DNA of 64,000 nucleotides from a virus, in IMG/VR virus record IMGVR_UViG_3300020122_000503, positions 1 through 64,000 of that record; one strand, given 5' to 3'. A program made the translations under genes and the position numbers. Positions 28,482 to 39,196 of the stretch are shown here, in pieces. The notes beneath the pieces are model-generated. The model was not told the origin of the DNA. It made no database searches and saw only the letters and a program-made list of their open reading frames with translations. Each line of letters begins with the position of its first letter. Positions within the stretch are counted from its first letter, which is position 1.

Positions 28482-29672
28482 ATGCCCGGTATCATCGGTT
28501 TTGGGAGAAAAGCGCGCGAGACGTATCCTACCGTTGCGGGCAGATCCGGAACCGGACCGACGGGGCCTTCTGGAACCACAGGCCCCACGGGACCTACCGG
28601 CGTAGCGGGCTCTGCCACTAACACTGGCGCAAGCGGCGCGACTGGGCACACAGGATCAAGCGGACCGACGGGAGCAACGGGCCTTCCCGGATCATCGACG
28701 AACACAGGAGGCACAGGACCGACTGGCAGAACCGGCTCAACAGGACCAACCGGCGCAGCAAGTAACGTCACGGGCCCCACAGGACCCAGCGGATCGACAG
28801 GCTCTAGCGGACCGACGGGACCCGCGGGCGCAGCAAGCACTGTTACGGGCCCCACGGGCGTTGGATCAACAGGAGCCACCGGACCGACAGGAGCGGCGGG
28901 AGTCGCAGGAACAGCAGGCACGGCGAGCACGGGCTCAACGGGATCGACAGGCCCGACAGGAGTCCCTGGATCCGCAACGAACACAGGCGCAACGGGAGAT
29001 ACCGGACCAACCGGTGGACAAGGCCAAATAGGACCCACCGGAAGAACAGGACCGACGGGACCTACAGGACCGACCGGGCTCTCGGGAGCTGCAACGAACA
29101 CCGGAGCAACGGGATCCACTGGACCCACCGGCATCATCGGTCTGACCGGACCAACCGGCTTGTCGGGTTCTGCAACCAACACAGGATCTACCGGAGGCAC
29201 GGGGCCTACAGGACCAACCGGCTTGACAGGCGCTGCTTCCAACACAGGATCCACCGGAGGAACCGGACCCACAGGACCTACAGGTCTTACTGGATCAGCT
29301 TCGAACACCGGCGCTACCGGACCAACGGGTCCGAACCCGTTCGCCACGTTCGTCAGATCAAACAAGAACATGGTGGCGAGCGTCACCGTGCTCGACAACG
29401 ATCTCGCGTGCATCACACCTGTAGCGACAACGCCTACCATCTCTAGCGCGACAGGCGGTTACGTGGGAGTCGATCGAAACGGCGTCGCTCAAATCGTCGG
29501 TGATGGTACCAAGGTGAACGTCTACTGCTACTTCTCCGGTGATGGTGGAGTAACGCCGAGAGCGATGCCTGACATCGTCGCGGGCGATCTCCTCTACTGG
29601 AACGGCAGCATCGCGGGCTCTCAGCTCACGGTGACCGATCGCCTGAACTTCAACTACAACGTCACGACGTAA
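28482..29672 (+). CDS. collagen-like (Gly-X-Thr) fibre protein
   Basis: Long GPT/GAT/GST triplets with SATN interruptions; globular C-domain. Confidence 0.85.
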   Translation: MPGIIGFGRKARETYPTVAGRSGTGPTGPSGTTGPTGPTGVAGSATNTGASGATGHTGSSGPTGATGLPGSSTNTGGTGPTGRTGSTGPTGAASNVTGPTGPSGSTGSSGPTGPAGAASTVTGPTGVGSTGATGPTGAAGVAGTAGTASTGSTGSTGPTGVPGSATNTGATGDTGPTGGQGQIGPTGRTGPTGPTGPTGLSGAATNTGATGSTGPTGIIGLTGPTGLSGSATNTGSTGGTGPTGPTGLTGAASNTGSTGGTGPTGPTGLTGSASNTGATGPTGPNPFATFVRSNKNMVASVTVLDNDLACITPVATTPTISSATGGYVGVDRNGVAQIVGDGTKVNVYCYFSGDGGVTPRAMPDIVAGDLLYWNGSIAGSQLTVTDRLNFNYNVTT

Positions 29673-29684
29673 GAGAAAAAGAAC

Positions 29685-30860
29685 ATGGCCGACGGACTAG
29701 TCAAAGTCGCGCAAATGGAGCCGGGTGACACCGGCGACGTCCTCGTGTCAGGTGGCGGTGCCGCAGAATGGCAACCCGGAGTCAACGTCGCTCCTATCGT
29801 CTTCGGTGCAGGCGCGGACGGAGCTCTCGCCGCTGGCTTCGGCGCAATAGTTCTCACTCGAAACACTTACTACTCAAACGTCACTTTCCAAGCCGGCGAT
29901 TCGATCAACACGGCCGGTTTCTATCTCGGCATCTCTGGCGTGCTCGACGCTTCCGCGGCCGGCATGGGCGCGACTGACGGCATCTTCTGTCTTGCAGGAA
30001 ATGGCGGAGCGGGCGCCGCCGCGACTACAGGCGGAACTGGCGGCGCTATCAACAACAACGCCGGCCAAACAATGAGCGGCGGTATCGCCGGATCGGCTGG
30101 AGGCACCGGCACCACCACAAACGGAAATCAAGGCGGCGCTGCTTCGAACACCGGTAACTCTGGCGGTGGAGGTGGCGGCACAAGCGGCAAGGGCGGCAAC
30201 GGTTTGTCGGGCACAGGAGGCGCCACTCGAGCAGGAGGTACGGCAACTGGCGCAGGCGGCACGAACGTCTACGCCATGCCCATAGGCGCGCTCTACGCCG
30301 GTGTTGGTGCTGCTAACGCCATGATCGCAACCATCGGCGGTGCGGCAGGAGCCGGCGGTGGTGGTGGCGCGGGTGACGGGACCGCAGGCCCTGGCGGAGG
30401 TGGCGGCGGCACAGGAGGAGGCACAGCAATCGTAGCCGCTAGAGAGTTTCGACGAAGCGCCTCCACGCCTGCCAATTTCATCAGATGCCCAGGTGGTAAC
30501 GGAGGCGTCGGCGGCACCCCTGCCGGAGGTCAACGAGGTGGTGGCGGCGGAGGATCAGGCGGTGGCGGCGGCGTGCTTGTCTTCATCGCGGGCACCGTCA
30601 CCGGAAGCGGCGCAGCAACGAACGTTCTAAGCGCCAACGGCGGCAGCGGCGGTAACGGCGGAGATGGCACTGGCGCTGCCGGCATCGGCGGCAACGGCGG
30701 CAACGGCGGAACTTCCGGCCAATGCATTTACTACAACATGCAGACAGGCTTCTTCGCCGCACAAGGCCCAAAGAACAATCCGGCAAGCGGACCCACCAAT
30801 GGATCCGGCAACACCCACGGTACAGGTGGGCCCGGAGGCCTCGCCCAAATCACGGTGTGA
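29685..30860 (+). CDS. glycine-rich fibre/adhesin protein
   Basis: FGAGADGAL...LTRNTYYSNVT and poly-Gly loops; paralogous to the C-half of 31757..33754. Confidence 0.75.
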   Translation: MADGLVKVAQMEPGDTGDVLVSGGGAAEWQPGVNVAPIVFGAGADGALAAGFGAIVLTRNTYYSNVTFQAGDSINTAGFYLGISGVLDASAAGMGATDGIFCLAGNGGAGAAATTGGTGGAINNNAGQTMSGGIAGSAGGTGTTTNGNQGGAASNTGNSGGGGGGTSGKGGNGLSGTGGATRAGGTATGAGGTNVYAMPIGALYAGVGAANAMIATIGGAAGAGGGGGAGDGTAGPGGGGGGTGGGTAIVAAREFRRSASTPANFIRCPGGNGGVGGTPAGGQRGGGGGGSGGGGGVLVFIAGTVTGSGAATNVLSANGGSGGNGGDGTGAAGIGGNGGNGGTSGQCIYYNMQTGFFAAQGPKNNPASGPTNGSGNTHGTGGPGGLAQITV

Positions 30861-30863
30861 GGC

Positions 30864-31760
30864 ATGCAGGTAGGCCCCTTCCCTTGGCTAGGCACGCCGA
30901 CCGTACCCCCCTTGAAGGGTTGCGTAATTCAGACGTTCCCAGGGCCTTACACCGTGGGCGCGCAAACGTTCACGCCTCCGGAGCTTTCAGATCCCGTGTC
31001 GGCCACCTCCATGGCGGCTCTCGGCGCCGCGTGGTTTCTAAATTACCTGCCGAGCTCGTCGATACGAACGACCATCCCGTTCGTTCCGATGATTTTCTCT
31101 CCTTCTTACAAGAGCGCTCAGAACCTTCTAGTCGCTTCCAGATACAAAGTCATTCTCGGGTACAACGAACCGGACAACGGACCGCCTCAAGCGAACACGA
31201 CGGTCGCCCAGGCCTTATCCGACTGGGCGGACTTCGAAGCCGCAGCCGACGCTATTCCGGGTTGTCGATTGGGCGCTCCTGTGATGGCGGTCAACTCCGA
31301 CACACCGGGCAGTTGGCGTTACGATTTCATGAACGGAATCGTTCCGGCAACCGGTAAGCCTCCGAGAGTGGATTTCGTACCCATCCACTTCTACACAAAT
31401 CAATTCACTAACCCTGCTGCTTCCGCGGCAACGCTCCGAAGCATCATCGTTCAAGTCCACGCGGCTTACCAAAAACCTGTGTGGATAACAGAGCTCGGTG
31501 CGACCAAGTTCACCGGATCCGTACCGACTCAGGAGTATCCGACTAGCACTGCCGAGACTTCTGCGATCATACAAGCCTTCATGACCACCATACTTGCCGC
31601 TAATCTCGTCGTTGAACGAGTGTCGTGGTATCCGTACGTGGTCCCCGCCGGCTTTCCTCCGGGAGGCGCAGGGAACGTTGCAAACGTCGGTCTCGCTGAT
31701 CTCACGGGAGCTCTCACGGCACCCGGCATCACCTTTAGAGATTCAGGTAACGTCGGATGA
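30864..31760 (+). CDS. GH-A clan glycoside hydrolase (Glyco_hydro_cc/GH128-like)
   Basis: [35 protein letters not shown]. Confidence 0.8.
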   Translation: MQVGPFPWLGTPTVPPLKGCVIQTFPGPYTVGAQTFTPPELSDPVSATSMAALGAAWFLNYLPSSSIRTTIPFVPMIFSPSYKSAQNLLVASRYKVILGYNEPDNGPPQANTTVAQALSDWADFEAAADAIPGCRLGAPVMAVNSDTPGSWRYDFMNGIVPATGKPPRVDFVPIHFYTNQFTNPAASAATLRSIIVQVHAAYQKPVWITELGATKFTGSVPTQEYPTSTAETSAIIQAFMTTILAANLVVERVSWYPYVVPAGFPPGGAGNVANVGLADLTGALTAPGITFRDSGNVG

Positions 31761-33754
31761 TCGGAAACATTTGTGGAGGCTCAACCGGACCGACAGGCCC
31801 TTCTAGTGGTCTGACGGGACCAACGGGCCCAAGCGGCTCCACAGGACCTACCGGGACCCCCGGTAGCGCCGTCAACACCGGAACCACGGGATCGACAGGA
31901 CCCACCGGAATAGCGGGGCCTACAGGATCGACAGGACCTACCGGAATAACAGGGCCCACAGGATCGACAGGGCCCACGGGAATAACGGGACCTACGGGCT
32001 TATCAGGCGGCTCGACGGGCACAGGCGCTACAGGGCCAACCGGTCCTTCCGGAGGCCCTATTGGTCCTACTGGACCGACCGGTAACACAGGCCCAACAGG
32101 AGCAGACGGAGCCCCGTCAACAGTAACAGGACCGACAGGCAACACGGGATCGACTGGACCAACAGGAGCAGCAAGCACTGTCACAGGTCCAACAGGATCA
32201 ACGGGCAACACCGGAGCAACCGGCAACACCGGATCAGTCGGAGCGACGGGAGCACAAGGGCCAACCGGCAACACAGGAAGCACCGGATCGACGGGACCAA
32301 CCGGATCAGTCGGATCGACCGGTAACACCGGATCGACAGGCAACACAGGATCGACGGGGCCAACTGGATCAGTCGGGCCGACTGGCAGCACTAGCAGCAC
32401 AGGCAACACCGGATCAACAGGTAACACTGGCCCGACCGGCAACACCGGAGCCGCGGGCGCGCAAGGTCCAACGGGATCAACAGGAAACACAGGCAGCACC
32501 GGATCGACGGGCAACACAGGGCCCACCGGATCCACCGGAAACACCGGATCGACCGGACCAACTGGAAACACCGGATCGACGGGCAACACCGGTAGCACCG
32601 GATCAACCGGGCCGACCGGACCAACCGGATCAACTGGAAGCAGCGTCACAGGCCCGACCGGGTCTTCGAGCCTCGCCGAAAACGCGATGGTGTTTGCGCT
32701 CTTCGGTGACGGATCAGACGGCGGTCTCACAGCGTCGAGCGGTACGACAACGCTCACGAAAGACACGAACTACTCGTCGATCACGCTTTCCGGCACAGCC
32801 AAAATCGATTGTGCGGGCTATGTGCTCCGATGCTCCGGCACGTGCGATCTCACGAACATGCCCGCTGGAACAATTTTTCGTTCCGTGGTCGCAGGAGGAA
32901 ACGGCGCCGCGGGCGGTGGCGCAGGAAGCGCAGGTACGATCACAGGCAACACCGCCGGCACGACGATCGGCGCGACTGCCACTGCGGGAACTGCTGGCGG
33001 CGCGGGAGGTACCGCAGGCGGCTCACAAGCCGCAGCGCCCAGCGCCACATCGTACTCATCAGGCGGCTCAACCGCGACAAGCGGCGCGGGCGGTTCCGGA
33101 AATAACGGCGCCAACGCAGGCGGTCTAACTCGTGCCGGCATCACCGTCACTCGCGTAGGCGCATCGCTGATCCATTCGTTGCTGTTTGCCTCAGCCTTTT
33201 CAGCGTCCGGGTACATCACTGCGACAGGCTCTGCTAACGAGTTCTACGGCGGAGCAGGCGGCCCCGGAGGCGGCGGCGGAGGTGGCGACGGCTCTGCCGG
33301 AGGCGGAGGCGGAGGCGGAGGCGCGGGAGCGCTCGGAATTTATTTTGCAGCACGAACTTTGGTAGTTACCGGCGCCGCTGCTGGAGTCATTCAAGCTAAA
33401 GGTGGCGCTGGCGGTAACGGCGGCACCCCTGCTGCCGGCAACAGAGGCGGCGGTGGCGGTGGCAGCGGTGGCGGTGGCGGTTTCGTGTGTTGCATCTTTG
33501 GAACGGTTACGGGAACCGTCACCGGAGGCGTGTCGACCGACGGCGGCGACGGCGGCAACGGTGGAAACGCAACAGGCAACGGAGTCGGCGGCAACGGCGG
33601 CGGCGGAGCTGCCGGCGGTCACGTCTACGTCGCGAACCTAAGCGCAAACACTCAATCAACCGCAACGGGAACTACAGGTACTGCGGGCGGTGCGGCATCC
33701 GGAACCACCGGAGGCACCGGTCAAACAGGCGAACAGATCCGAGTGAATCTGTAG
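31757..33754 (+). CDS. collagen-like plus glycine-rich fibre protein
   Basis: About 300 aa of GPT/GST/GNT triplets, then FGDGSDG and a Gly-rich domain. Confidence 0.85.
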   Translation: MIGNICGGSTGPTGPSSGLTGPTGPSGSTGPTGTPGSAVNTGTTGSTGPTGIAGPTGSTGPTGITGPTGSTGPTGITGPTGLSGGSTGTGATGPTGPSGGPIGPTGPTGNTGPTGADGAPSTVTGPTGNTGSTGPTGAASTVTGPTGSTGNTGATGNTGSVGATGAQGPTGNTGSTGSTGPTGSVGSTGNTGSTGNTGSTGPTGSVGPTGSTSSTGNTGSTGNTGPTGNTGAAGAQGPTGSTGNTGSTGSTGNTGPTGSTGNTGSTGPTGNTGSTGNTGSTGSTGPTGPTGSTGSSVTGPTGSSSLAENAMVFALFGDGSDGGLTASSGTTTLTKDTNYSSITLSGTAKIDCAGYVLRCSGTCDLTNMPAGTIFRSVVAGGNGAAGGGAGSAGTITGNTAGTTIGATATAGTAGGAGGTAGGSQAAAPSATSYSSGGSTATSGAGGSGNNGANAGGLTRAGITVTRVGASLIHSLLFASAFSASGYITATGSANEFYGGAGGPGGGGGGGDGSAGGGGGGGGAGALGIYFAARTLVVTGAAAGVIQAKGGAGGNGGTPAAGNRGGGGGGSGGGGGFVCCIFGTVTGTVTGGVSTDGGDGGNGGNATGNGVGGNGGGGAAGGHVYVANLSANTQSTATGTTGTAGGAASGTTGGTGQTGEQIRVNL

Positions 33755-33761
33755 CCTCAAG

Positions 33762-35888
33762 CTACTTCATCCACCTGATCTTTTTCGGATCGATCTCACA
33801 CCAGTGCGACTCGCGCTCTTCGGCGCCGTAGGTGATGATCAGGTTCTCGCCATATAACACGGCACCGGCTGCGTACTCGACGCCCTGGTGGTGAAACGTA
33901 AAAGCGCGAGATACGCGCGTCGGGAGCATCGTCGTTCCGTCTAGCTCAATAAACCTGTGTAAGTAGACGTTGTCGTTCTCGCGATGAGCAACCTCATGGA
34001 TCGACATGAGCCAGGTTCCATCCGGCATCGCCACCGGCGCCGTGCCGCCCCTGTAACGTGCCATCCGAAAGGGCATCGTCTCTTTGACTTTCACCCGCCA
34101 CCGCTTCATCGAGCTCGCATCCACCTCGAGCACGGTGAAAGGCTCGTAGCCGTAGATGAGAAATAACCTCCCCCCGAGCGACCAAGGAAGCCAATTCTTC
34201 TCGTACTCTTGCGTCCCTTCATATTCGATCTCGTCAATGTAACCAAGCGAGAGATCTTCTTTTAGCGATCCGATCACGACGCGCGACTTGTCGCCGCCGG
34301 ACGGCGTCTGACACGTCGTTGCTGTGAACCAAACCTTGCCCTCGTGCACGTGCCAGCGTTGATCTTCGAGCCCCCAGATGCCGGGAGATCCATCACCACG
34401 CTTCATGTTCCTAGGCCAGTCTGACGGACAGCGCGCGTTCGAGAGACGCCATTCGACTTCTTCTATGCCGTCCGGTGACCATCGCCCCCAGACGTTCTCG
34501 GTCCGGATAACTTGATCCTTGTGCCTCGCGACGAACCAACGCCCGCGCTCGTGGTCGTAGTTCACGAGACGGACGTTGACGAAAAGCTCATCGCCCACTC
34601 GGACGATGGTGGGCGACGACGTGAGGTATTCGACGAATTGACCGCTCTTAGCCGGAACGTTGCTGCCACTCTCGTCAAACGTCCGAAGCTCTTTCGGCAC
34701 ATCAAATCGTCCGCGCCGAACGACGGCTCCGTACTCTTGCGGCAAATAGAAGAGAAGATTCCGAGCGGAGTTCTCGTAACTCGTCCAAGATAGTCGATTC
34801 GTTCGAAGTATGCTCTCACAGGCTTCGTGCCCCTCGTCCGTTCTGCCTAGGTAGTAGGCCGTGATGCTGACTTCCTCGATAGCTTGAGCACGGATGCTCT
34901 CTTCAACGAAGAGATCCTGGGCCGTCGTCTCGCCGAGCGTCTCGATCGCCGTCTTGGCAAACCCGTAAGCGGCTCGGTTCTTACCGAGCCCTCGAAGGTG
35001 CCGCGCAACCTCGACGAACGGTTCGCCGCGCGTTCCGCTCTTTTCAGCAGCGTCGATCAAGCGCATGAGACCCTCTTCGGGTTTACCAACCCCCATCAGA
35101 GATTTCCCGAGCATGAGCTCGGCGTACCACCGCTCGCCTTCCCATCCGCCGGCAGCTTGACGCATGTCGAAGTACTTGACGGCCATGTAGTAGTAAGTCT
35201 GCGCGAGGTAATACATCGCGCGCACGTTCATCGGATCTTCCGCGAGCCGACGTCGAAGCAGTCGCGCATCCCGTTCATACTTGTCGCCCTTGCTCCCGCC
35301 GTCGTCACGATCGTCGATCCAGAGCGAGAAGAGCTCGGACGCTGGCGCACGATCCGGATTCGGCGCCCAGTACTCGTGCGTGGGCTCGCACGAGACCCAG
35401 TTGAAGTCCATACGCCCGAGCCGTGTGTTCGGGTAAGCAAGCGCGCCTTGCTTTTGGATGAGCCGGTAGTGCGCGTCCCTGAGCATCGATTTCTCGAACG
35501 TTTTCTCGGCGACGAGCACCATGTCGGCATCGAGAAAAAGTAAGTAGGTGTTCTCAGGCTCCCACTCTTTTTGCCCGTGCACCCAAACCTTTGCCGCTTT
35601 CGACGCCCACGTACGCGCTGTGCCGAAGTCGAACTCGTCGTAAGGCCAACGAAATACCTTCTTCCCGTTCTTCTTTGCCGGCGGACACATTCCGCGTTCG
35701 ATGAAGAAAGGTTTCTTAGCTGCCTTCGTCGCTTCCTCGATGATTTTCGTCGTTCCGTCGGAGCTCCCAGTGTCCGAAACGACGACGGCGTCGACGAACG
35801 GCAGCGCCGATTCGAGACAGCGGCCAATGACCTTCGCCTCGTTCTTCACAATCATGTTAAGGACGATGCGCGGGGCTTCCTCTTTCAC
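33762..35888 (-). CDS. GT2 glycosyltransferase-TPR-beta-propeller fusion
   Basis: LNMIVKNE, DTGSSDGT, DFGTART, LDADM, THEY, TPR helices, GLEDQR, EKNWLP; GTG start at 35888. Confidence 0.8.
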   Translation of the reverse strand: MKEEAPRIVLNMIVKNEAKVIGRCLESALPFVDAVVVSDTGSSDGTTKIIEEATKAAKKPFFIERGMCPPAKKNGKKVFRWPYDEFDFGTARTWASKAAKVWVHGQKEWEPENTYLLFLDADMVLVAEKTFEKSMLRDAHYRLIQKQGALAYPNTRLGRMDFNWVSCEPTHEYWAPNPDRAPASELFSLWIDDRDDGGSKGDKYERDARLLRRRLAEDPMNVRAMYYLAQTYYYMAVKYFDMRQAAGGWEGERWYAELMLGKSLMGVGKPEEGLMRLIDAAEKSGTRGEPFVEVARHLRGLGKNRAAYGFAKTAIETLGETTAQDLFVEESIRAQAIEEVSITAYYLGRTDEGHEACESILRTNRLSWTSYENSARNLLFYLPQEYGAVVRRGRFDVPKELRTFDESGSNVPAKSGQFVEYLTSSPTIVRVGDELFVNVRLVNYDHERGRWFVARHKDQVIRTENVWGRWSPDGIEEVEWRLSNARCPSDWPRNMKRGDGSPGIWGLEDQRWHVHEGKVWFTATTCQTPSGGDKSRVVIGSLKEDLSLGYIDEIEYEGTQEYEKNWLPWSLGGRLFLIYGYEPFTVLEVDASSMKRWRVKVKETMPFRMARYRGGTAPVAMPDGTWLMSIHEVAHRENDNVYLHRFIELDGTTMLPTRVSRAFTFHHQGVEYAAGAVLYGENLIITYGAEERESHWCEIDPKKIRWMK

Positions 35889-37144
35889 AGCGTAAAGCCT
35901 CGCTCGAAGTCTTCGACCGAAACGAGCCCAAGAAGCTCCGACCGACGTGCGACGAGATCTTGCCAGGTGAGATCGAAGAAACCGGGGGGCGGCTCCTTTG
36001 GCAAATAGGCACCGCTCTGCACCGGCAAAACGGCGCAACCGTAGTCGTTGTCGACTGTAATCACACGCGGCCACATCGACCGGATCGCGGCCACGGCCTT
36101 CCAAACGTCTCCCGTCCAGATGCTTTGCATCATGGGGACGATCTGCATCGCCTCTTCGGAAGGATTTGCGTCGTGAAGAACAATGACGCCTCCAGGAACG
36201 AGCACACTGAGCGCGCGGCGCACTTCTTCGTAAACGACAGCCGCTCGGTGATCGGAGTCGATAAAGATCAAATCGAAACCCGGTTGCGGGTAGATCCCCA
36301 GGTCGAAAAAGTCCGAGCTCTTCATCGAGATGAACACGTTCGTGTGTTTCGCTGCCGCCCACTGCGGCGCGGGATCCACGCCCCACTTGGCTGGAACGTT
36401 GACTCTCGCAAGGCACTCGCCGTTCGCGCAACCGATTTCTAGGTAACGCTTGGCGCTCTGCTTGCTGGCGATTCGATTCAAAATATCCCAACGCATGACT
36501 GGACCTCGTAGTGAGCCGCCGTTGAACGGCTCGGTAAATGTTTCCGCACCAGGGGGGCCGCCCCACTTCCGGCAAAAGTAGTCGAGGTTTCGCTCCAACC
36601 AAGCGTGCTCTGGATTCGAGCCAATCGCACGACTCGTCGACCAGCTAAGGTGCTCGACCTTGGAAGAGATTTCGACTCGAGCGACTCCGGCTCGCTTGAG
36701 CCGCACGTCGTAATCACAGTCTTCGTAGTAGGCCGGGAAAAATTCCTCGTCGTAGAAGCCCACCTTCTCCGTACAGAGCGGAGTTTGACCAAAGAGCGCC
36801 CAACCGAGACCGTTGACGACACCGAAGTCGCCCGTACCGAGGAGCCTCACGATCTCTTCGAACGCGCCTGGGCTCAGCACGACGTCATCGTTCGAGATGA
36901 CGACAGCCTCACCTCGCTCGTACGCGTATCTCAAGATCCTGTTCCAGCTCGCGGCTACGCCGATGTTTCGCCCCGGGCGCTGGATCAATAACTTCTCCGG
37001 AAGTCGACCGTCCTTGAGCGGAAGGTATTCGCCGCCGTTGTCGATGATGAAATACTCGGTCGGGCGCACCGTGCCCTGCTCGGCGGAAGCGATGAGCTTC
37101 TCGAGCAGATCGTACCTGTTGAGCGTCGGGATACCCAGGATCAT
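35885..37144 (-). CDS. GT2 glycosyltransferase fused to a class I methyltransferase
   Basis: IPTLNR, NIGVAASWN, NDD, FDEEF-like FYDEEFFPAYYEDCD; then YLEIGC, DLIFIDSDH, GGVIVLHD. Confidence 0.8.
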   Translation of the reverse strand: MILGIPTLNRYDLLEKLIASAEQGTVRPTEYFIIDNGGEYLPLKDGRLPEKLLIQRPGRNIGVAASWNRILRYAYERGEAVVISNDDVVLSPGAFEEIVRLLGTGDFGVVNGLGWALFGQTPLCTEKVGFYDEEFFPAYYEDCDYDVRLKRAGVARVEISSKVEHLSWSTSRAIGSNPEHAWLERNLDYFCRKWGGPPGAETFTEPFNGGSLRGPVMRWDILNRIASKQSAKRYLEIGCANGECLARVNVPAKWGVDPAPQWAAAKHTNVFISMKSSDFFDLGIYPQPGFDLIFIDSDHRAAVVYEEVRRALSVLVPGGVIVLHDANPSEEAMQIVPMMQSIWTGDVWKAVAAIRSMWPRVITVDNDYGCAVLPVQSGAYLPKEPPPGFFDLTWQDLVARRSELLGLVSVEDFERGFTL

Positions 37145-37731
37145 CAGAGCTTCCGAAGAGCGAGCGCATTGATACGCCGATGCACGACTTCGAAACGGTT
37201 TCCGGCGACCGAGCTCCATTCAGAAAACATCGGACTCCCTAGACCAATGTCCTCGATCACGTAGAACCCGCCCTGGACGACCTTGTCCTGAAAATTCACG
37301 AGCGTCGCAAGTTGCGCTTGCCAAGCGTGCAGACCGTCATCGATGACAAGATCGAATGCTCGCTCCCTGAAAGCGAAGAAGAGCGCAACGGCCATCCCGT
37401 CGGTTGAATCGCAAATCCCGGTCTCGATCCTGTCTTCTTGAAACTGCGTGTCCGGTTGAACGTCCAGCCCGAGCACGGTGGCCTTGCGGCAAAAGTCACG
37501 AAACGCTCGAAGACTCCCGCCGGGGCGGTACCCGGGGTCGCAGTACGACACCATCGAGCTCGGAGCGCCAGGTATGAGCGTGCCGATCCCGATCTCGCAA
37601 ATGCGCGCCGGTCGGTCTCGCATCGAGGCGAGAATGTCTTCGTACATCCCGACGTACTCGTTCCGAACTTTGTCGGTACCGTACTTCGTAAAAAGCAAAG
37701 ACAAGGCGGTCGTAGGCTCAGCCAAGGTCAT
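37144..37731 (-). CDS. SAM-dependent (sugar O-)methyltransferase
   Basis: YGTDK, ICEIGI, GGSLRAF, GLDV, DLVIDDGLH, GGFYVIED. Confidence 0.8.
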   Translation of the reverse strand: MTLAEPTTALSLLFTKYGTDKVRNEYVGMYEDILASMRDRPARICEIGIGTLIPGAPSSMVSYCDPGYRPGGSLRAFRDFCRKATVLGLDVQPDTQFQEDRIETGICDSTDGMAVALFFAFRERAFDLVIDDGLHAWQAQLATLVNFQDKVVQGGFYVIEDIGLGSPMFSEWSSVAGNRFEVVHRRINALALRKL

Positions 37732-37913
37732 GGCTCACGTTCTCCAATCCAGCTTCGGATCGCGTCGGCAACACCTTCGGCGAGTGACTTTCGTCCCTCC
37801 ACGCAGCGCATTCGAAGCTTGGTCGCGAGATCGGCAGGGATCCGAACGTGAATGCGCTCTAGCCCCTCGTCCGCGGGTGGCGGCTTCTTCTGCTCTTTGC
37901 GACGCGACGCCAT
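37728..37913 (-). CDS. ribbon-helix-helix regulator
   Basis: ERIHVRIPADLATKLRMRC...SLAEGVADAIRSW. Confidence 0.65.
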   Translation of the reverse strand: MASRRKEQKKPPPADEGLERIHVRIPADLATKLRMRCVEGRKSLAEGVADAIRSWIGEREP

Positions 37914-38010
37914 CGTGCCTCTGGCACTATGGCACAAAGACGCCAGCGCCAGCAACACCTGTAAGATCAGCGATATCGCAGGTTTTTCACGGTCGAGTAT
38001 ACTCGAAGAT

Positions 38011-38550
38011 GTGAAACGCCCATGGAAAGCCGTCGCAATCGGTAGCGCTGTGCTCGGGGCGATCGGGATCGGAGTGCTCGCAAGACGAAAGCCCGCGCCG
38101 CCTAAGCGCGTGGCACTCATCGGCGACTCCTACGCTGTCGGGCTCGGGCCCGAGCTCGACAAGCTCATTCCCGACTTTCGCGCAGAGGGGCACGTGGGCA
38201 CGACCACCTGGCAGTGGGCTAACCACAACGACGAGTGCGGCACGTGCGGCGACTGGCTCACGGCGTTCAAGCCAAACATCGTCCTAGTGAGCCTTGGCGT
38301 GAACGACGGAACAGCGCCGAACCTAGGGCACTACCAAACCATCGTGCGCGGGCTTCAAGGGATCGGCGCGCGTGTCATATGGATCGAGCCGCCAGCAGCG
38401 GTGAGCGCTCCTGCCGCGCGCAGAGCCATCGCCTCGCTCGGCGTACAAACGGTGCCGGCGACGACGACCCCGCTCGCGTCCGACGGACTACACCCGAAAA
38501 GCTACGGGCCATGGAGCCAGGAAATAGCCGGTGTGGTGCGCAATGCCTGA
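38011..38550 (+). CDS. membrane-anchored SGNH/GDSL hydrolase
   Basis: N-terminal TM; IGDS, LGVND, DGLHP; GTG at 38011. Confidence 0.8.
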   Translation: MKRPWKAVAIGSAVLGAIGIGVLARRKPAPPKRVALIGDSYAVGLGPELDKLIPDFRAEGHVGTTTWQWANHNDECGTCGDWLTAFKPNIVLVSLGVNDGTAPNLGHYQTIVRGLQGIGARVIWIEPPAAVSAPAARRAIASLGVQTVPATTTPLASDGLHPKSYGPWSQEIAGVVRNA

Positions 38551-39196
38551 CTCCTGCGCGCTCAACGTCGCCTGCACGCCGAACGCATCGGTTGCGTACA
38601 ACTACTTCATCGGCAAGGGCCTGCGCGACTATCAGGCCGCAGCCGTAGTCGGAAACCTCCAACAGGAATCATTTCCGGAGATCAACACGCGGCTTGAGGT
38701 GCTCGAAAAGAAGAACCAGAAGATGAGCCGCGGCATCGCCATGTGGCAGCCGACTCGTTGGCAGAACCTTCTCACGTTCGCCGGCACGCGAGATCCGTGG
38801 GCACTTGGAACCCAACTCGACTTTCTCTGGTACGAGCTCGAATCCTCCTCGATGCTCGCGGCGCTTCAGGCGTCGCCGTCGCTCGAAGACGCGGTTTTGA
38901 TGTTCCAAAACCAATTCGAGCGACCGGATCCGGTATGGGCTGCAACCGATCGGCGCATTTGCTACGCGAGGAACGCGCTTCAGTTTTGCGCGCTCGTCAC
39001 GCCGCCCGAACCGGCGTCTAAACGTGGCGGCGTCGTTGTCGCCACCGTGGGCGTCTTAGCGTTCGTCACTGCCGCAGGCTATGGCGCGTACAAGTTACTC
39101 TCTCGCACGCCTCGCCCGATCCCGCGACGGTTACCTCCAGAACCCGAGCCTGAACCTGTCTACTACCCACCGCCGAACCCGATGAGGCGATTTTGA
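38543..39196 (+). CDS. phage tail-type lysozyme (Phage_lysozyme2-like) with C-terminal TM
   Basis: AAAVVGNLQQES, GIAMW, QLDFLWYEL, FERP. Confidence 0.8.
   Translation: MPDSCALNVACTPNASVAYNYFIGKGLRDYQAAAVVGNLQQESFPEINTRLEVLEKKNQKMSRGIAMWQPTRWQNLLTFAGTRDPWALGTQLDFLWYELESSSMLAALQASPSLEDAVLMFQNQFERPDPVWAATDRRICYARNALQFCALVTPPEPASKRGGVVVATVGVLAFVTAAGYGAYKLLSRTPRPIPRRLPPEPEPEPVYYPPPNPMRRF

Noticed and set aside
28430-32766. Minus-strand PVGPV-repeat ORFs
   Set aside because: Antisense translation of the collagen-like genes.
35889-36602. N-terminal extension of ORF 33762..36602 (also 45984..46595, 248..457, 37852..38010, 62006..62194)
   Set aside because: These extensions overlap other genes or intergenic elements; downstream starts fit coupling, RBS or promoter signals better.
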